This document shows positions 15,081-31,463 of a DNA stretch of 64,000 nt, one piece after another. Position numbers and translations under genes: made by a program. Origin of the DNA: the human T2T-CHM13v2.0 reference genome, Homo sapiens; assembly GCF_009914755.1 (NCBI RefSeq), contig NC_060930.1. The stretch is one strand, 5' to 3'. Position 1 is the first letter of the stretch. Every line of letters starts with the position of its first letter. Below the pieces are notes generated by a model. The model made no database searches. It was not told the DNA's origin and saw only the letters and a list, made by a program, of their open reading frames with translations.

Positions 15081-18908
<3,828 letters not shown>

Positions 18909-19125
18909 ACAATGAGATCACATGGACACAGGAAGGGGAATATCACACTCTGGGGACTGTGGTGGGGTGGGGGGAGTGGGGAGGGATAGCATTGGGAGAT
19001 ATACCTAATGCTAGATGACGAGTTAGTGGGTGCAGCGCACCAGCATGGCACATGTATACATATGTAACTAACCTGCACAATGTGCACATGTACCCTAAAA
19101 CTTAAAGTATAATTTAAAAAAAAAA

Positions 19126-19647
19126 GTCAGCTTAATCAGCTCTTTACAATGTTTATATAATTTAAAGGGAACTCAAAGAACATCTCACTCAACATCTTAC
19201 TTTACAGAATAAGAATTGAGCCTCAAATATAGTCAATATTTTCCCCAATGTCACAGAATCAGGGTTTCTGAACCCACTAAAGCAAGTTGGCTTTCCTAGC
19301 ATGTCCGAGAAGTCAAGAGAAGAAAATCTGTAGTCTTAGCTATGAAGCGCTGTGAGCAAGAATCACCGGAGTGCTACTTTTAAAAAACATAACCTGTTCC
19401 ACCAATGTGATTACAGATGGTCTGAGAACATCTCAGATTTACCCAGATTCAAGGCAGTAGACCTTCCAAAACAGGCAAAGCCTTCTAAATCAATTCAGGG
19501 AATAAAGCCAGACATGCATACTCCCTAAGAAAAAATACTTACATACAAGCATCTTTTCTAACTAAAAAGAATATTCATCAATTGATTTGAATATGAAAAT
19601 AGGTTTTTAATAAAAATTTACTCTAAGAATAAGGCAAAAAAAAAAAA
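19126..19647 (+). other. L1-mediated 3' transduction (~510 bp non-L1 DNA plus second poly(A))
   Basis: Lies between the L1 A-tail and the 3' TSD. AATAAA at 19609-19614, A12 at 19636-19647. Contains a weak MIR-like stretch at ~19185-19260. Confidence 0.9.
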
Positions 19648-19655
19648 TCAGTAGC
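19643..19655 (+). repeat. 3' TSD of the young L1 plus transduction
   Basis: aaaaatcagtagc matches 13102-13114. Confidence 0.95.
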
Positions 19656-21794
19656 ATTTCTATACACCAATAACAACCAAGTCAAGAGCCAAATCAAGAA
19701 TAAAATGCCTAGGAATACATTTTACCAAGGAGGTGAAAAATCTCTACAACAAGAATTACAAAACATTGCTGAAAGAAATCAGAGACAATACAAACAAACG
19801 GAAAAACATCCCATGTTCATGGATAGGAAGAGTCAATATTGTTAAAATGGCCACTCTGTTCAAACCAATTTATAGATTCAATGCTATTCCTATCAAACTA
19901 CCAATGTCACTTTTCACAGAAGTAGAAAAAAACTATTCTAAAATTCATATGGAACCAAAAAGGAGCCCAAATCACCCAAACAATCCTAAGCAAAAAGTAC
20001 AAAGCCAGAGATATCTCACTACTGAACTTCAAAGTATACTACAAGACAACAGTAACCAAAACAGGCTACAGGTATGACAACAGACACATAGAGCAATGGA
20101 ACAGAATTAGGAACCCAGAAATTAAGCCACTTACCTACAACTACCTGATCTTCAACAAAATTGATAATAACAAACAATGAGAGAAATAATTCACTAGTCA
20201 GTAAACAGTGAATTTATTGAAATGTTATATCAACAGGCTAGCATATGCAGATTGGAACAGTTCCCTTTCCTTTTATCATATACAAAAATTAGCTTAAAGA
20301 CCTAAAACAACAAAAAACCCTAGAAGAAAATGTAAGAAATACCATCATAGACATCATCCTTGGCAAATAATTTATGACTAAGTCTCCAAAAGTGGTTGCA
20401 ACAAAACAATAATTGACAAGCGAAACCTAATCCAACTAGTTTCTGCACAGAAAAATAAACTATCGGCACATTAAACAGACAACCTACAGAGTGGGTGAAA
20501 ATGTCCACAAACTATGTAACCAACAAATGTCTAATATCTGGAACCTATAAGAAACTTAATTCAACAAACAAAAAACCAACAACCCCATTAAAAAATGGGC
20601 AAAGGACATGAACAGACACTTCTAAAAAGAAGACATACATGCAGCGAACAAATATATGAAAAAATGCTCATCATTACTAATCATTAGAGAAATGCAGATC
20701 AAAACCACAAGATACCACCTCACATCAGTCAGAATAGCAATTATTAAAAGTCAAAAAGCAACAGATGCTGGTGAAGTTGTGGAGAAAAGTGTACACTTAT
20801 ACACTGTTGGTGAGAATGTAAATTAGTTCAGCCACTGTAGAAAGCAGTTTAGAGATTTCTCAAAGAACTTAAAACTACCATTCAGCCCAGCCATCCTACT
20901 ACTGGGTATATACCCAAAAGAGAATAAATTGTTCTATCAAAAAGACACACACATTCGTATGTTCATCACAGCACTATTTACAATAGCAAAGATTTGAAAT
21001 CAACCTGGCTTCCTATCAATAGTGGACTGGATAAAGAAAAAGTGGTACACATACACTATAAAATACTCCACAGCCATAAATAAGAACAAAATCATGTTCT
21101 TTTCAGCAACATGAACGTATCTGGAAGCCATAATTCTAAGCAAACACAGAAACAGAAAACCAAGTACTGCATGTTCTCACTTATAAGTGGGAGTTAAACA
21201 TTGAATACACATGGACACAAAGATGAGAACAATAGACACTGGGAATTACTTAAGAGGGGAGGTTATAAGGGGGACATGGTTTGGAAGGCTATTGACTACT
21301 ATGCTCACTACCTGGGTAATAGGATCATTTATACACCAAGCCTCAGAGACATGCACTTTATCCATGTAACAAACCTATACATGTACCACTGCAATGCAAA
21401 ATAAAAATAGAAGAAGAAAAAAATAGTAAAAATCATTTGGAGAAAAAATATTAATAATACTAAAAATTAATTAGAAAATAATTCTATTGCTTAAGTCAAC
21501 TAGACAATACCTGCAATTTACTAGTCTTAATCTGCAAATTATACATGCCCATGGTTTTTATTATACTGTTTTCAAATGATGTTTAATTATGAAATACATT
21601 AAATATACGTAAAAATAAAGAGAAAAATAACAGGAGATATGTATGTACTCACTTCCCAAAGCCAGAAAATATTAATATTCTATCATAATTTCCCAGTCAG
21701 ATTTTCTCCCTGCCTTCTGAGAAGTTGCCACCACTGTGAAGTTGTTATACAGCCTTACCATCTATATACTTACGTTTGCATAAACAATAGAAAG

Positions 21795-21967
21795 CAGATG
21801 ATGGCAAATTATAACCTGTGTGCCAAATCCAGCCATGGCCTGTTTCATATGGCCCATAAGTCAGCATAGATTTATATTTTTAAAATCTTGAAACAAAGAA
21901 TAATCTATGTGGGCTGCAAAGCCCAAAACATTATCAGGCCCTCTACGGGATACTTTATTGATCCCTG
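21795..21967. mobile_element. MER58-like hAT MITE
   Basis: ggcaaattataacctgtgtgccaaatccagcc ... gcaaagcccaaaacattatcaggccctctac..gatccctg. Confidence 0.65.
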
Positions 21968-22502
21968 ATACTGAGTGTTATTTTATCTGTTATCAAAATT
22001 TATATAAATGGTCTCATAATAAAAAAGCCTTACGTAACTTTCCATTTTTCACTCAACATTGTTTTTGAGAATTATCAATGTTGATACCTGTAGGTCTAAT
22101 TCATTTTTACAAACTGCTGCATAGTTAAAATACCAATGGAATAGTCACAATTTATTGTATAATGTGCCTATCAATAGACATTTAGGTTGTGTACAATATT
22201 TGTCCATTAAAAATAAATCTGTGATAAATATCCTCATACACATCTCCTTGTGCTCATGTGCCAGATTTCTTCCCTTGTATGTACCTAGAAGTAGCATTGC
22301 TAGCTATAAAATATACACATCTTCAGCTTTGCTCAAGGTTGTCAAATTGCTATTCAAGATAGCTTTGTTGATTTCATTATCACCAGAAATGTATGATTGT
22401 TCTTACTCACATACTTGGTATTATCACTTGTTTAATTTTTGTCATAGATATCCTCTTGTTCTTCTGTTTGCATTTTTCTGATTAACAGTGTTAATTTGAT
22501 TA

Positions 22503-23108
22503 AAGCTATCAATTTACTGATTCTTGGGCTCCAAATCCGCCCTTCTTTGTCCTGTTCTGTCATACTGGAACAAGACTCCATAAACATCTGTCCTTTTATG
22601 TTAGTCCCTGTCAACAGAGGCCACTGAATGAAGTGCAAAACCATAGCATAAAGGGGTTTCCTTTCCCCAATCCATAGTGCTTTTCCTGTTCAGCATAGTA
22701 GCCGACAAATTGATGTGCAAGAGGCCTGGTAGCAAATCCACCTCAGCGGTATGCATGGTCCTTCTCCAACATGCCCATGCCCTCTGGCAAGTTTCTCAGC
22801 CAACTGGCTGGAGGCACCTATGGGCCAATTCCAGCCCATGCCTTCTGGTGAGTTTCTTCTTCCCACTGGTAGATTTAGGGGAGGGGGATACCAGAGTATT
22901 CTAAATTCTTAATTCCTTTCTTGTTTATTCCCCTGCAGCCTAGAAGTAGTAGCTATTTTCTGTATTTGTTACTTCTGTATCCTTAAGGGTCCTTTTTAAC
23001 TTCTTTTAGTAGTTAACCACTTTTTACTAGTTAATTCTTTACGTTAAAGTTTTCCTGTTAAAATTATTGGTATTGTTATTGTCTCCTGAGTGGATCCTGA
23101 CTGGAACA
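22503..23108 (+). mobile_element. LTR33-like ERVL LTR
   Basis: caatttactg..gctccaaatccgcccttc..ctgttctgt ... gttaaagttttcctgttaaaatta..tgtctcctgagtggatcctgactggaaca. Confidence 0.65.
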
Positions 23109-23195
23109 ATCAGTGAGGCTGAACATATTTTCATGTGTTTATTCAGCCTTCTTCCCCAAATCATAGGTAAGGAGGTGGAAGAATGGATTGATTCA

Positions 23196-23291
23196 TGGAT
23201 GGATGGATGGATGGATGGATGGATGGATAGATAGATGGATGGATGGCAAGATTAGATAGATGATATACATGATGATAGATGATAGACAGAT

Positions 23292-23337
<46 letters not shown>

Positions 23338-23340
23338 GAT
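23196..23340. repeat. (GGAT)n/(GATA)n compound microsatellite
   Basis: Direct reading. Confidence 0.95.
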
Positions 23341-24984
23341 ATCCTTCTTTTAATGAAGGTGTAGATTTTGTTTATGTGTTTTGGATTCTAAACCTTTATC
23401 AGATCTATTCCTAGCAAATATCTTCTCCAAAACCTGTGACTTTCTTCACACTCAATGATGTCTTCTGTCACAAAGAAATTAAGCAGTATTTTCATTTGTG
23501 GTTTGTACATTTGTGTCTTATTTAAGAAAGTTTTCATTATTCTGATGTTATAAAGATTATCTTCTATTTTTCTCATGGAAGCTTTAGAATTTTGGTTTTC
23601 TTAATATTTGCATTTAATACATCTGGAATTTTTGTGTAAATAAAGTATAAGCTGGGAATATTATTTTACTGTTTTCCATAAAAACAGTGATTTTATCTGA
23701 GCACCATATATGTAATAGTCAACTTTTCTCCACTAATTTATAGTGAAAACTTATCCTTCTACAAGTTTTATAAACATGGAACTTTTTCTGGATTTTTTAT
23801 CCTATTCAATTTGGCCTATTAACCTAATCTAGTACCAGTATTCACTGTTTTAATTATAATAGTTTTATAAGTATTGAAATCTGGTGGGACAAATATATAC
23901 TCCATTTCCTTTTTTTCTTCGCCTTTAAGTTTGTCTTGACTGATCTTTGCCCTTCACTCTTTCATTCTTCATAAGTTCTAAGAAAAGCACTTTTAGATTT
24001 ATTAGAATAGTATTGAATTTATTAATAAATTTGGGCAAAATAGAAACATTTTCTATGTTGTCTTTCTACCCACAACACTGTATGTATTTCTCTCCATTTA
24101 CTTAGGTTTATCTTCAGTAAAGATATAAGATTTCCTCAAAAAAAAAAGAATGACTTTTGTGATATTTATTTCTAGATATATAGATTTTTTTCTCTATTAA
24201 ATGAGTTTCTAAAATCACATATTCTAATTGATTTTAATGGTATATATAAATGATATTGATTTTTGTGTAATGATTGTAATATTCAGCAAAGTTACTGATC
24301 TAAATTCTAATAGTCTGCCTGTAGATTCTCTTGGATTTTCTATGTTGTCAGTCACATCATCTGTGACATTTTGCTTTACATTATATTTCGCATAGAATAT
24401 TGGAACATTCCTAAAGACTAAGGTAGTTAACCGTGAAAATGGAATTCACTAAGTACTAAGGAAATATTCATGTTCACATCTACTCTAAAAAGAAAAGTTT
24501 TAGAAATGAAGTTTAGCAGCATTGAGAGCCCTCGTGTGGAAGCAAGTCAAGTAAAGCTTCTATTTACATTTTGTTTTTGTTTTTTTTTTTAACTAGATCA
24601 GCTCAGACATCAACTGATTTAATCACCCTTGTCAGCTTCTAATTAAACTGACAACTTCTGAAACTTAATTTACCTATGTTTTAACAGAGTAGCAGGTTGC
24701 TGTGGCATTGGCTAATTGTACTTAATCAAATATATAGAAAGAGAATACTTCCTTTTTTCTTATTTATCAGTGTCTCTAAATCTCTATCTAAAGGCAACTA
24801 AAGAAAGATTTCAAAAATGGTCACCCAGACCAAAATAAAGGAATTCGAAATTATCAATAGACACATAAAAATCAACTTCATTAGTAATGAAAAATGAAAA
24901 GGATTTTTACCCATATAAAATTGTTATAGGATTTTGGTTTGGGTGTTGGTTTTGGTTTTTTTCTTGAGGAGAAAGAAAAACAAG

Positions 24985-24990
24985 AGTGTG

Positions 24991-25038
<48 letters not shown>
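24985..25038. repeat. (TG)n microsatellite
   Basis: Direct reading. Confidence 0.95.
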
Positions 25039-25039
<1 letters not shown>

Positions 25040-25449
25040 TTTGGATGTAAGAAAGATGTATTTTCATAGATTTCCAATAAGACATATAAATTGGTGAGCA
25101 ATTTTGCAATATTTACAAAAAAATCTTTAAATCATAAATGCCGTTTGACTAAAGAATTTTCAATGTAACCTTTATTTTAAAGAATGAGTCACATCTGTGG
25201 TAAAAATGGAGATAAAAGGAGATTGATTATGGCATTATAGTGAGAGAAATTACACATCTAATAAAAAAGAGAATGTGTTAAATAAATTGTGATACATTCA
25301 TATGACAAATTCCATCTAGCCATTTAAAACCATATTGTAGAATATTATTTGATGAACTAGAAATAATTTTCCTGAAATATTGGTGAAGTCTAAAAACCCA
25401 AATGTATAGTACAATTTCAATTTCAAACTACATGTACATAATAAGAATA

Positions 25450-25612
25450 ATAGCTTTTACTTATGATGTGACAGGCATACATGTGTATACATTTATTTAA
25501 TCTTTACAACAATCCTATTTGCTACTATTTTCACCATTTTATAGATCAAGCAACCAAGGCAGAGGGAAATTCAGTAATTTGCCTAAAATTAGACAGTAAA
25601 TGGCAAAGCTGG
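25450..25612 (-). mobile_element. MIR fragment within L1M-like sequence
   Basis: tttaatctttacaacaatcct..ccattttatagat..aaggcagagg..taatttgcctaaa. Confidence 0.65.
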
Positions 25613-27236
25613 ACACATACATGCACAGCTTTATGCCAGAAAATAATACAATAGTTATCTTTGAGCAATGGGATTATGGGTTATTTTTATTTACATATCT
25701 GTGTATGTTTTGTCTTCTCCAAACTTCCTGAAATGAGCAGATATTAACAAATCCAAAAAATTATATAACTGTTAAGATAAATATTAATGTTTCTTGTGAT
25801 AGCAGAAGGAAAAATGCCTACTTAATCATAAGTAAGGCGAAGGCGTATTAATCTTCTACATGTGTATATTTTTGTACCAAATTCTGGACACTTAGCCCAG
25901 GTTCCCTACTGATATGTATTTTGTTGTGCAGATTAGTTCTGCAAAAACGAAAGCAAAAAAACAGTAAGCCATCCCCATGTAGCAGCTTTATTCCCACTGT
26001 CAGATATGTTTGATGCTGGGGAAAAACTTCCCACCCCTCATACCTTGAAAATAACTGATGTCAGGCTCCATCTCTGCTGTGTACACTCATTACCCTTAGC
26101 GAGAAATCACTGGGCTCTGTAAGAAAAAAATATTGCCCCATTAAACAAAGTGTCATCATTGAAGAGCAATTATTCTTTTTTATTTTTCCTGTGAGGTTAT
26201 CTTAATAACTCACTCATAACAGTTATCTCCTAGGAAACATCTAGTTCATGGAGTAAGACTGTTAAACAATATGAATCTGGTACAAATAGCACAGGACAAA
26301 TGTTTCCAACCATGAAGCATTTATATTTATTAAAAATCAATACAAGGCAAAGACCACTGCAAGCTACTGCCTATTGTTGGTGGAAAATTAAATTATTCTT
26401 ACTTTTTGTGGGCTTTTTACTCCTCCATATGCAGCTTGTCATACTAGAAATTATATTTCATCATACCCTAGAAAGCTAAGTAAAAGCTAATTGGCAAACC
26501 GAAATTTTTATTTGTTGAGACCCAAGATTTGTGAGAAATCAGGGTAATTAGGCAATCATCATTTTAGTATCACCAGACTATAATTCTGTATTGGAGGTGG
26601 AGGAATCCCCTTTATTGCTTTTCCTCCAACATGAGATGTGAGGAAAAATTTCTAAGGACAATTACAATGAAATCTTCATAAAACATGAATTCTTTTTGCC
26701 ATGAGGATTTCCCACACACATGCATGCATAACTGCCCACAGGATGGATCACTGGCTGAAGGTACTTAGGCCCAAAACCATCTACACTCTTGTTCTTACGT
26801 TGTTTTCTGCTTAATTACCATTTGCCTGTAGTATAAACCTACCGACAGAATTATCATGAAGGCTAAACACAAATTCATATCATTTGGGGCAGAGCAAAAA
26901 GAAAACACTAATGGAAACATTTACCAAAACTTGCCACCTGACACACCCTGAGCATAAGGCTCAGTGCATAAAGCTTGAAATAATTTATGCTGGAAACTTG
27001 TAAAGTCACTACATTTTGTTTTTCAATCCAGTGCTAGTCTTCCATTTATTTTCAAGGAAAAGGTGTTCTTTTCTTCAATCTTGAAAAAGAAAGGAGTGAA
27101 ATGTCATACAAAGCAAAATAAATATCTAGGTTGCTTATTAATACCTTGTTCAAGGTGGTTATTATATTTTCCAGAGTAAGGTTGTATTTCATTTCTTAAT
27201 TTTTTATTCATGTTAAAATTAAGACTTGCTTTAATT

Positions 27237-27804
27237 ATCATAGTTATCTATTGCTGTGTAACAAATTAATCCCAATATGTAGTGTCTTAAAACAACAAAA
27301 TTTAATATCTTCATAGCTTCTGTGGGTCAGGAAACCAGATGCAATTTAGCTGCATTCCCTGCTTCAGTGTTGGCTCACAGGCTGCAATCAAAGCGTTGGC
27401 TGGCTGCAGTCATCTTAAGGCACTTCTGGGGAAGAACCACTTCCAAGTTCATTTATGTGGTTGATGGTAGGATTTAATCCTTGTAGGTTGTTGGACTGAG
27501 GGGTTTAGTTCCTTGCTGGCTGTTGGTTAGAGGCCGCCCTTATTTCTTGCCACATGGGTCTCTCCCACATGGTAACTTGCTTCATCAAAGTGAGAAAGCC
27601 AAGAAAGCAAGAGAGTCTTCTAGCAAGAGAGAGCATCCTACAAAGATGAAAGTTGAAGTCTTTGGTAACTTAATCATGGAAGTTAAGTCCCATCACTTTT
27701 GATGTATTCTGTTCTTTAGAAACAAGTCACAAGGTCCAACCCACACTAAAGAGGAGAGGATTACACAAAGGCATGAACACCATCTTAGAAGTCTGCCTAC
27801 CACA
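27237..27804 (-). mobile_element. MLT1 (F/E-like) MaLR LTR
   Basis: tagttatctattgctgtgtaacaaatta..ttaaaacaac..tctgtgggtcaggaa ... gtctgcctaccaca. Confidence 0.8.
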
Positions 27805-28734
27805 CACAGTAACACATTGGAAATTAGAAGCATACTCAGATTGAGAAGTATTACAAACCAAATCTTTATTTGTCTTGTTTCCAATCTTAAAGTAACTTTT
27901 ATCAACGGTATACAGTGATTCTAAGATATTACACAGAGAGAGAGAAAGAGATTAACTTGGAATTTAGAGTTCTAAAATAAGAGCAGAATAAAGCTGTTTT
28001 AAAATTTTTTAATGACACTTAGGATAGAAATAGCAGCTGTCTGACGTTTATAACTGCTTCCCTCTCTCTGCCCCAGCCAGGTACGGTCATCAACTGGTTC
28101 AGGGGGTGTAGTCACACTGTGATTGATCTCCTTGGTTGCCCCATCATAGTTGCTTCCCAAATTCTCAGAACTTTACATTCCCCAGGGTACAAGGCAACTC
28201 CATGATGGGGATGAGGTGAGAGAGTAAGGATGTGGGCCTGAGTCTTTTTATGGCCAATCCTAAAGAGTTTTTAAATCTCTTCTCCAAGTGGAAAAGGCTC
28301 CTGGTCTATTTTTTTTTCCAGTCTGTTGTTCTGTGGAATAGTGGAAACCACAGAGTGGAATCTGATAACCTTTCTTTCACAAATATGGACCCCAGTATTC
28401 TTAATCAAGGGTTTGAGGTTTGTTTATTAAGTGGTTTGTTTTGGAATTCAAAACCACAATTTTGTTTTTTGAATTACTGTATCTGCTTTGAATTCAAACA
28501 ATCCATGTAGGGCTTCAAGTGACTTCTTTGTTCTGACATCTGTGGGTGCTCACCTGCGGCAAAGTCCACACCATGGTCAAGAAAATTAAAAAAAAAAAAA
28601 CTGCCATCAGTACATTTTTTAAATCTGGCACATAGGTTTTGGTTTGAAATGTTAAGATCATTTTTAAACTCTCCAAGTGATTCTGATTCACAGCCATGCT
28701 TGGGAATCCCTGATTTTCAGCACCTATTCTGTAG

Positions 28735-28960
28735 CTAGTGTAGTGGGTAGACATTTGGGTTCAGATCAGTGTCACTAGCTGAGTAACACTGGGCAAGTTA
28801 TTGCTTTAAGCCTTAATTTTCTCATCTGTAAAATAAAATTATTTTATGTAACTTATACATAACATCTGTTATTAGAAGTGAATATGATAACACTTATAAA
28901 GCTTTTATCTCAATGCCTGAAACATTGTAAACACATAATAAGGTGAGCTGTGTTAATAAT
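28735..28960 (+). mobile_element. MIR
   Basis: cactagctgagtaacactgggcaagtta..ttttctcatctgtaaaat. Confidence 0.7.
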
Positions 28961-29149
28961 TACAGCCATGCATTAAAACATAATAAACATGAAATATTGG
29001 TCATCACTGAATCTATTCAAGTACATAATATATCCCTGTCAACTTTCCAGGTTTATTTTTAGGATATTTTCTTAGATTGTTTTGAGGATATATGTCATAG
29101 CACATTTTAAATTAATCAAGTACCACATAAATATAAGGGCATATTTTAA

Positions 29150-30175
29150 TTTTATTCTTTCATTCATTTGAGTGCTGTTCTGGGCACTGGAGACACAGCA
29201 GTGAACCAGACACACAGGCCACTGACCACAGAAAGATTGCACACTAATGTGGGCAATGGACAATAGATATAAAGCATTTATAATATGATGTCATTAGTGA
29301 TCATTTAAGCCAGGCAGGGAGACATACAATTGTGAAGTTGGGAATGGAAGGCATTTACTTTAGAGGGGATGGGCAAGATGGGTCTTTCAAGGAAGACAAC
29401 AACTGAGCAGAGATTAAAGAAAATAAGGGAGTGAGTGATGGGAAATTCCGGGGTGGGGAAAGCTTTCTAGATGAGGGAACCACAGGGCAAATGCCCCTGA
29501 AGAACAATGTGAACCTACTTAAAAGACATCATGGGGGCAAATCAGGGCCCACGGAGCAAGAGCAGAGAGTGGTGAGAGGAAAGGCCATGCACCACACTGT
29601 GGGACATGGTAAAAAATTTGAATCTTTCCTAAGAGCACAAGAAGACCATTAAAGAGACTTTATGACAAGCCAAATAATCTGATTTACATTTGTATTGTAG
29701 CAAATAAATATAACATAAAATTTAGCATGTTAACCATTTTAAGTGTACAATTCAGTGGCATTAAGTAAGGTCACAATGTGGGACAATCAACATCACTATT
29801 TTCAGAACATTTTCACTATTCCAAACAGAAGCTCAGACCCATTGAACAATGACTCTCCATCCTTCCCTCTCTTCGCACCGGTTACCACTAATCTACTTTC
29901 TAGCTCTATGACTGCCTATTCTAGGCACCGCAGATAAGTGAAATCATTCAACAACTGTCCTTTTGTGTCTGACTTAGCACAATGTTTCAAGTTTTATCTA
30001 TGTTACATTATGAATCAGAATTTCAATTTACATTTTTAAAAGATGATTCTTGCTGTTGCCGTTATGCTAAGAACACATAGTACAAGAGTCAAAACCGAGA
30101 GAATGAGACAGAATGCTGTAACCTGGTGAGATGGCACCAGCAGCAATGAGGAGAAAGGACCAAATTTGGGATCTG
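29150..30175 (-). mobile_element. L2 fragment, interrupted by an L1MB-like 3' end at ~29690-30025 (minus)
   Basis: ttcattcattt..gtgctgttctgggcactggagacacagcagtgaac. The insert taacataaaattta..aagtgtacaattcagtggcattaagt is flanked by atttacattt on both sides. Confidence 0.7.
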
Positions 30176-30199
30176 TCTACCTATCTACCTATGTATCTA

Positions 30200-30224
30200 C
30201 CTCTCTCTCTCTCTTTCTCTCTCT

Positions 30225-30266
<42 letters not shown>
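30200..30266. repeat. (CT)n(GT)n microsatellite
   Basis: Direct reading. Confidence 0.95.
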
Positions 30267-30267
<1 letters not shown>

Positions 30268-30899
30268 CATGTGTATGTGTCTTGGATGGCCAACAGTAAT
30301 GCATCTGGCCCAGGCTGTAGGCAAAGTTGTGATTGATTTTCAGTGAACTTCCTCCACCTTGTACTGCTGTAACAGCCCCTTAAGCTGAAACCACAGACAT
30401 CTGTAACCATCTGCTAAAGCCCAAGAAGCAAGTATTAATGCGAATTTTTTTAATGTTATCAGGAAGAGCAGCCACTTTGGAAAAGGTGTGGAACCTTCTA
30501 AGATGGCTGCTTTGTAGGACAATACGCAACAGGATGTTTACTTCAGGGTTTTGTTTAAAACACCAATCTCCTTTCTTTATTTAGACAGAATTTATGGCAC
30601 AAACCCTTCTCTGTTCACCTCCCAATGAGCACTTCCTTGTTCACTTAGATGTCCAGCATTCTGACACTCATTGTGAGTGGTTAAAAAACTGTAAGACATG
30701 GTCTTTTCCCTTTAATCTAGTTTGGGGTATAAAGCATGCACAGCATGAGTCAATGAGAAAATAATTTATGACCAATTTAATATTAAACACAAAACATTGA
30801 ACTATAAACCAGGAGACCCTGTGGTTTATGCCAAAGTGTGGTTAAAGTAACAGTATGTTGCAATCAATTATTAGTTTCATTCAAAGTAAACTCGATTTT

Positions 30900-31463
30900 G
30901 ACAGATTATATTTTCTAAAGATGACTGCAGCAATACCTCCTATCCCATAAGCTCTTTGAGAATCGCCAATGACTATCCAGAGGTAGCATTTACATCCCTG
31001 CCCTTAAACCTGGGCAGGCTTTTGAGACTGCCTCAACCAATAAGTAGGACAGAGTGACACTATATGATTTCTGAAGCAAGGTCATAAAAGTGCCGTGTAT
31101 TTTGGCCTTGTTTCCCTGGGTTGTATCCTCTTGGAAACAAGTTATGAAGAAACCCAAGCAGCCTGTAGAGAGGCCCACATAGAAAAAAAGCAAGACCTCT
31201 ACCCACCAAGCCCCCAGCCTCCAGCCAGCAACCCCAGCCCTGGCTGAGCTTCCAGCAAGCAGCCAGCACTACTTTGCATCGATGGATGTGAGTGATCCCT
31301 CTTTGAAGTGGACCCTCTCGCGCCCCCACTGAAACACTACTACTGACATTGGACCCACCTCTCCAAGTCATGTCCAACTTGCAGATTCGTGAGAAAAATA
31401 AATGTCTTTTTTAACCCACTAAATTTTGGCTAGTTTGTTTCTCAGCAATAGGTCACTAGAACA
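30900..31463 (+). mobile_element. MLT1 (G/H-like) MaLR LTR
   Basis: gattatattttctaaagatgactgca..gactgcctcaaccaat..gaggcccacat..cactaaattttgg..gcaataggtcactagaaca. Confidence 0.75.

Larger units (their letters stand above)
21560..24380 (-). mobile_element. Fragmented ancient L1M (L1ME-like), with nested MER58 and LTR33
   Basis: T-rich antisense L1-like tracts (caatagacatttaggttgt; tattgaatttattaataaatttggg; gattctcttggattttctatg). Confidence 0.6.

Noticed and set aside
19126-19635. Processed pseudogene or independent insertion after the L1
   Set aside because: It has no ORF and no TSD of its own. The only TSD brackets the L1 and this segment together.
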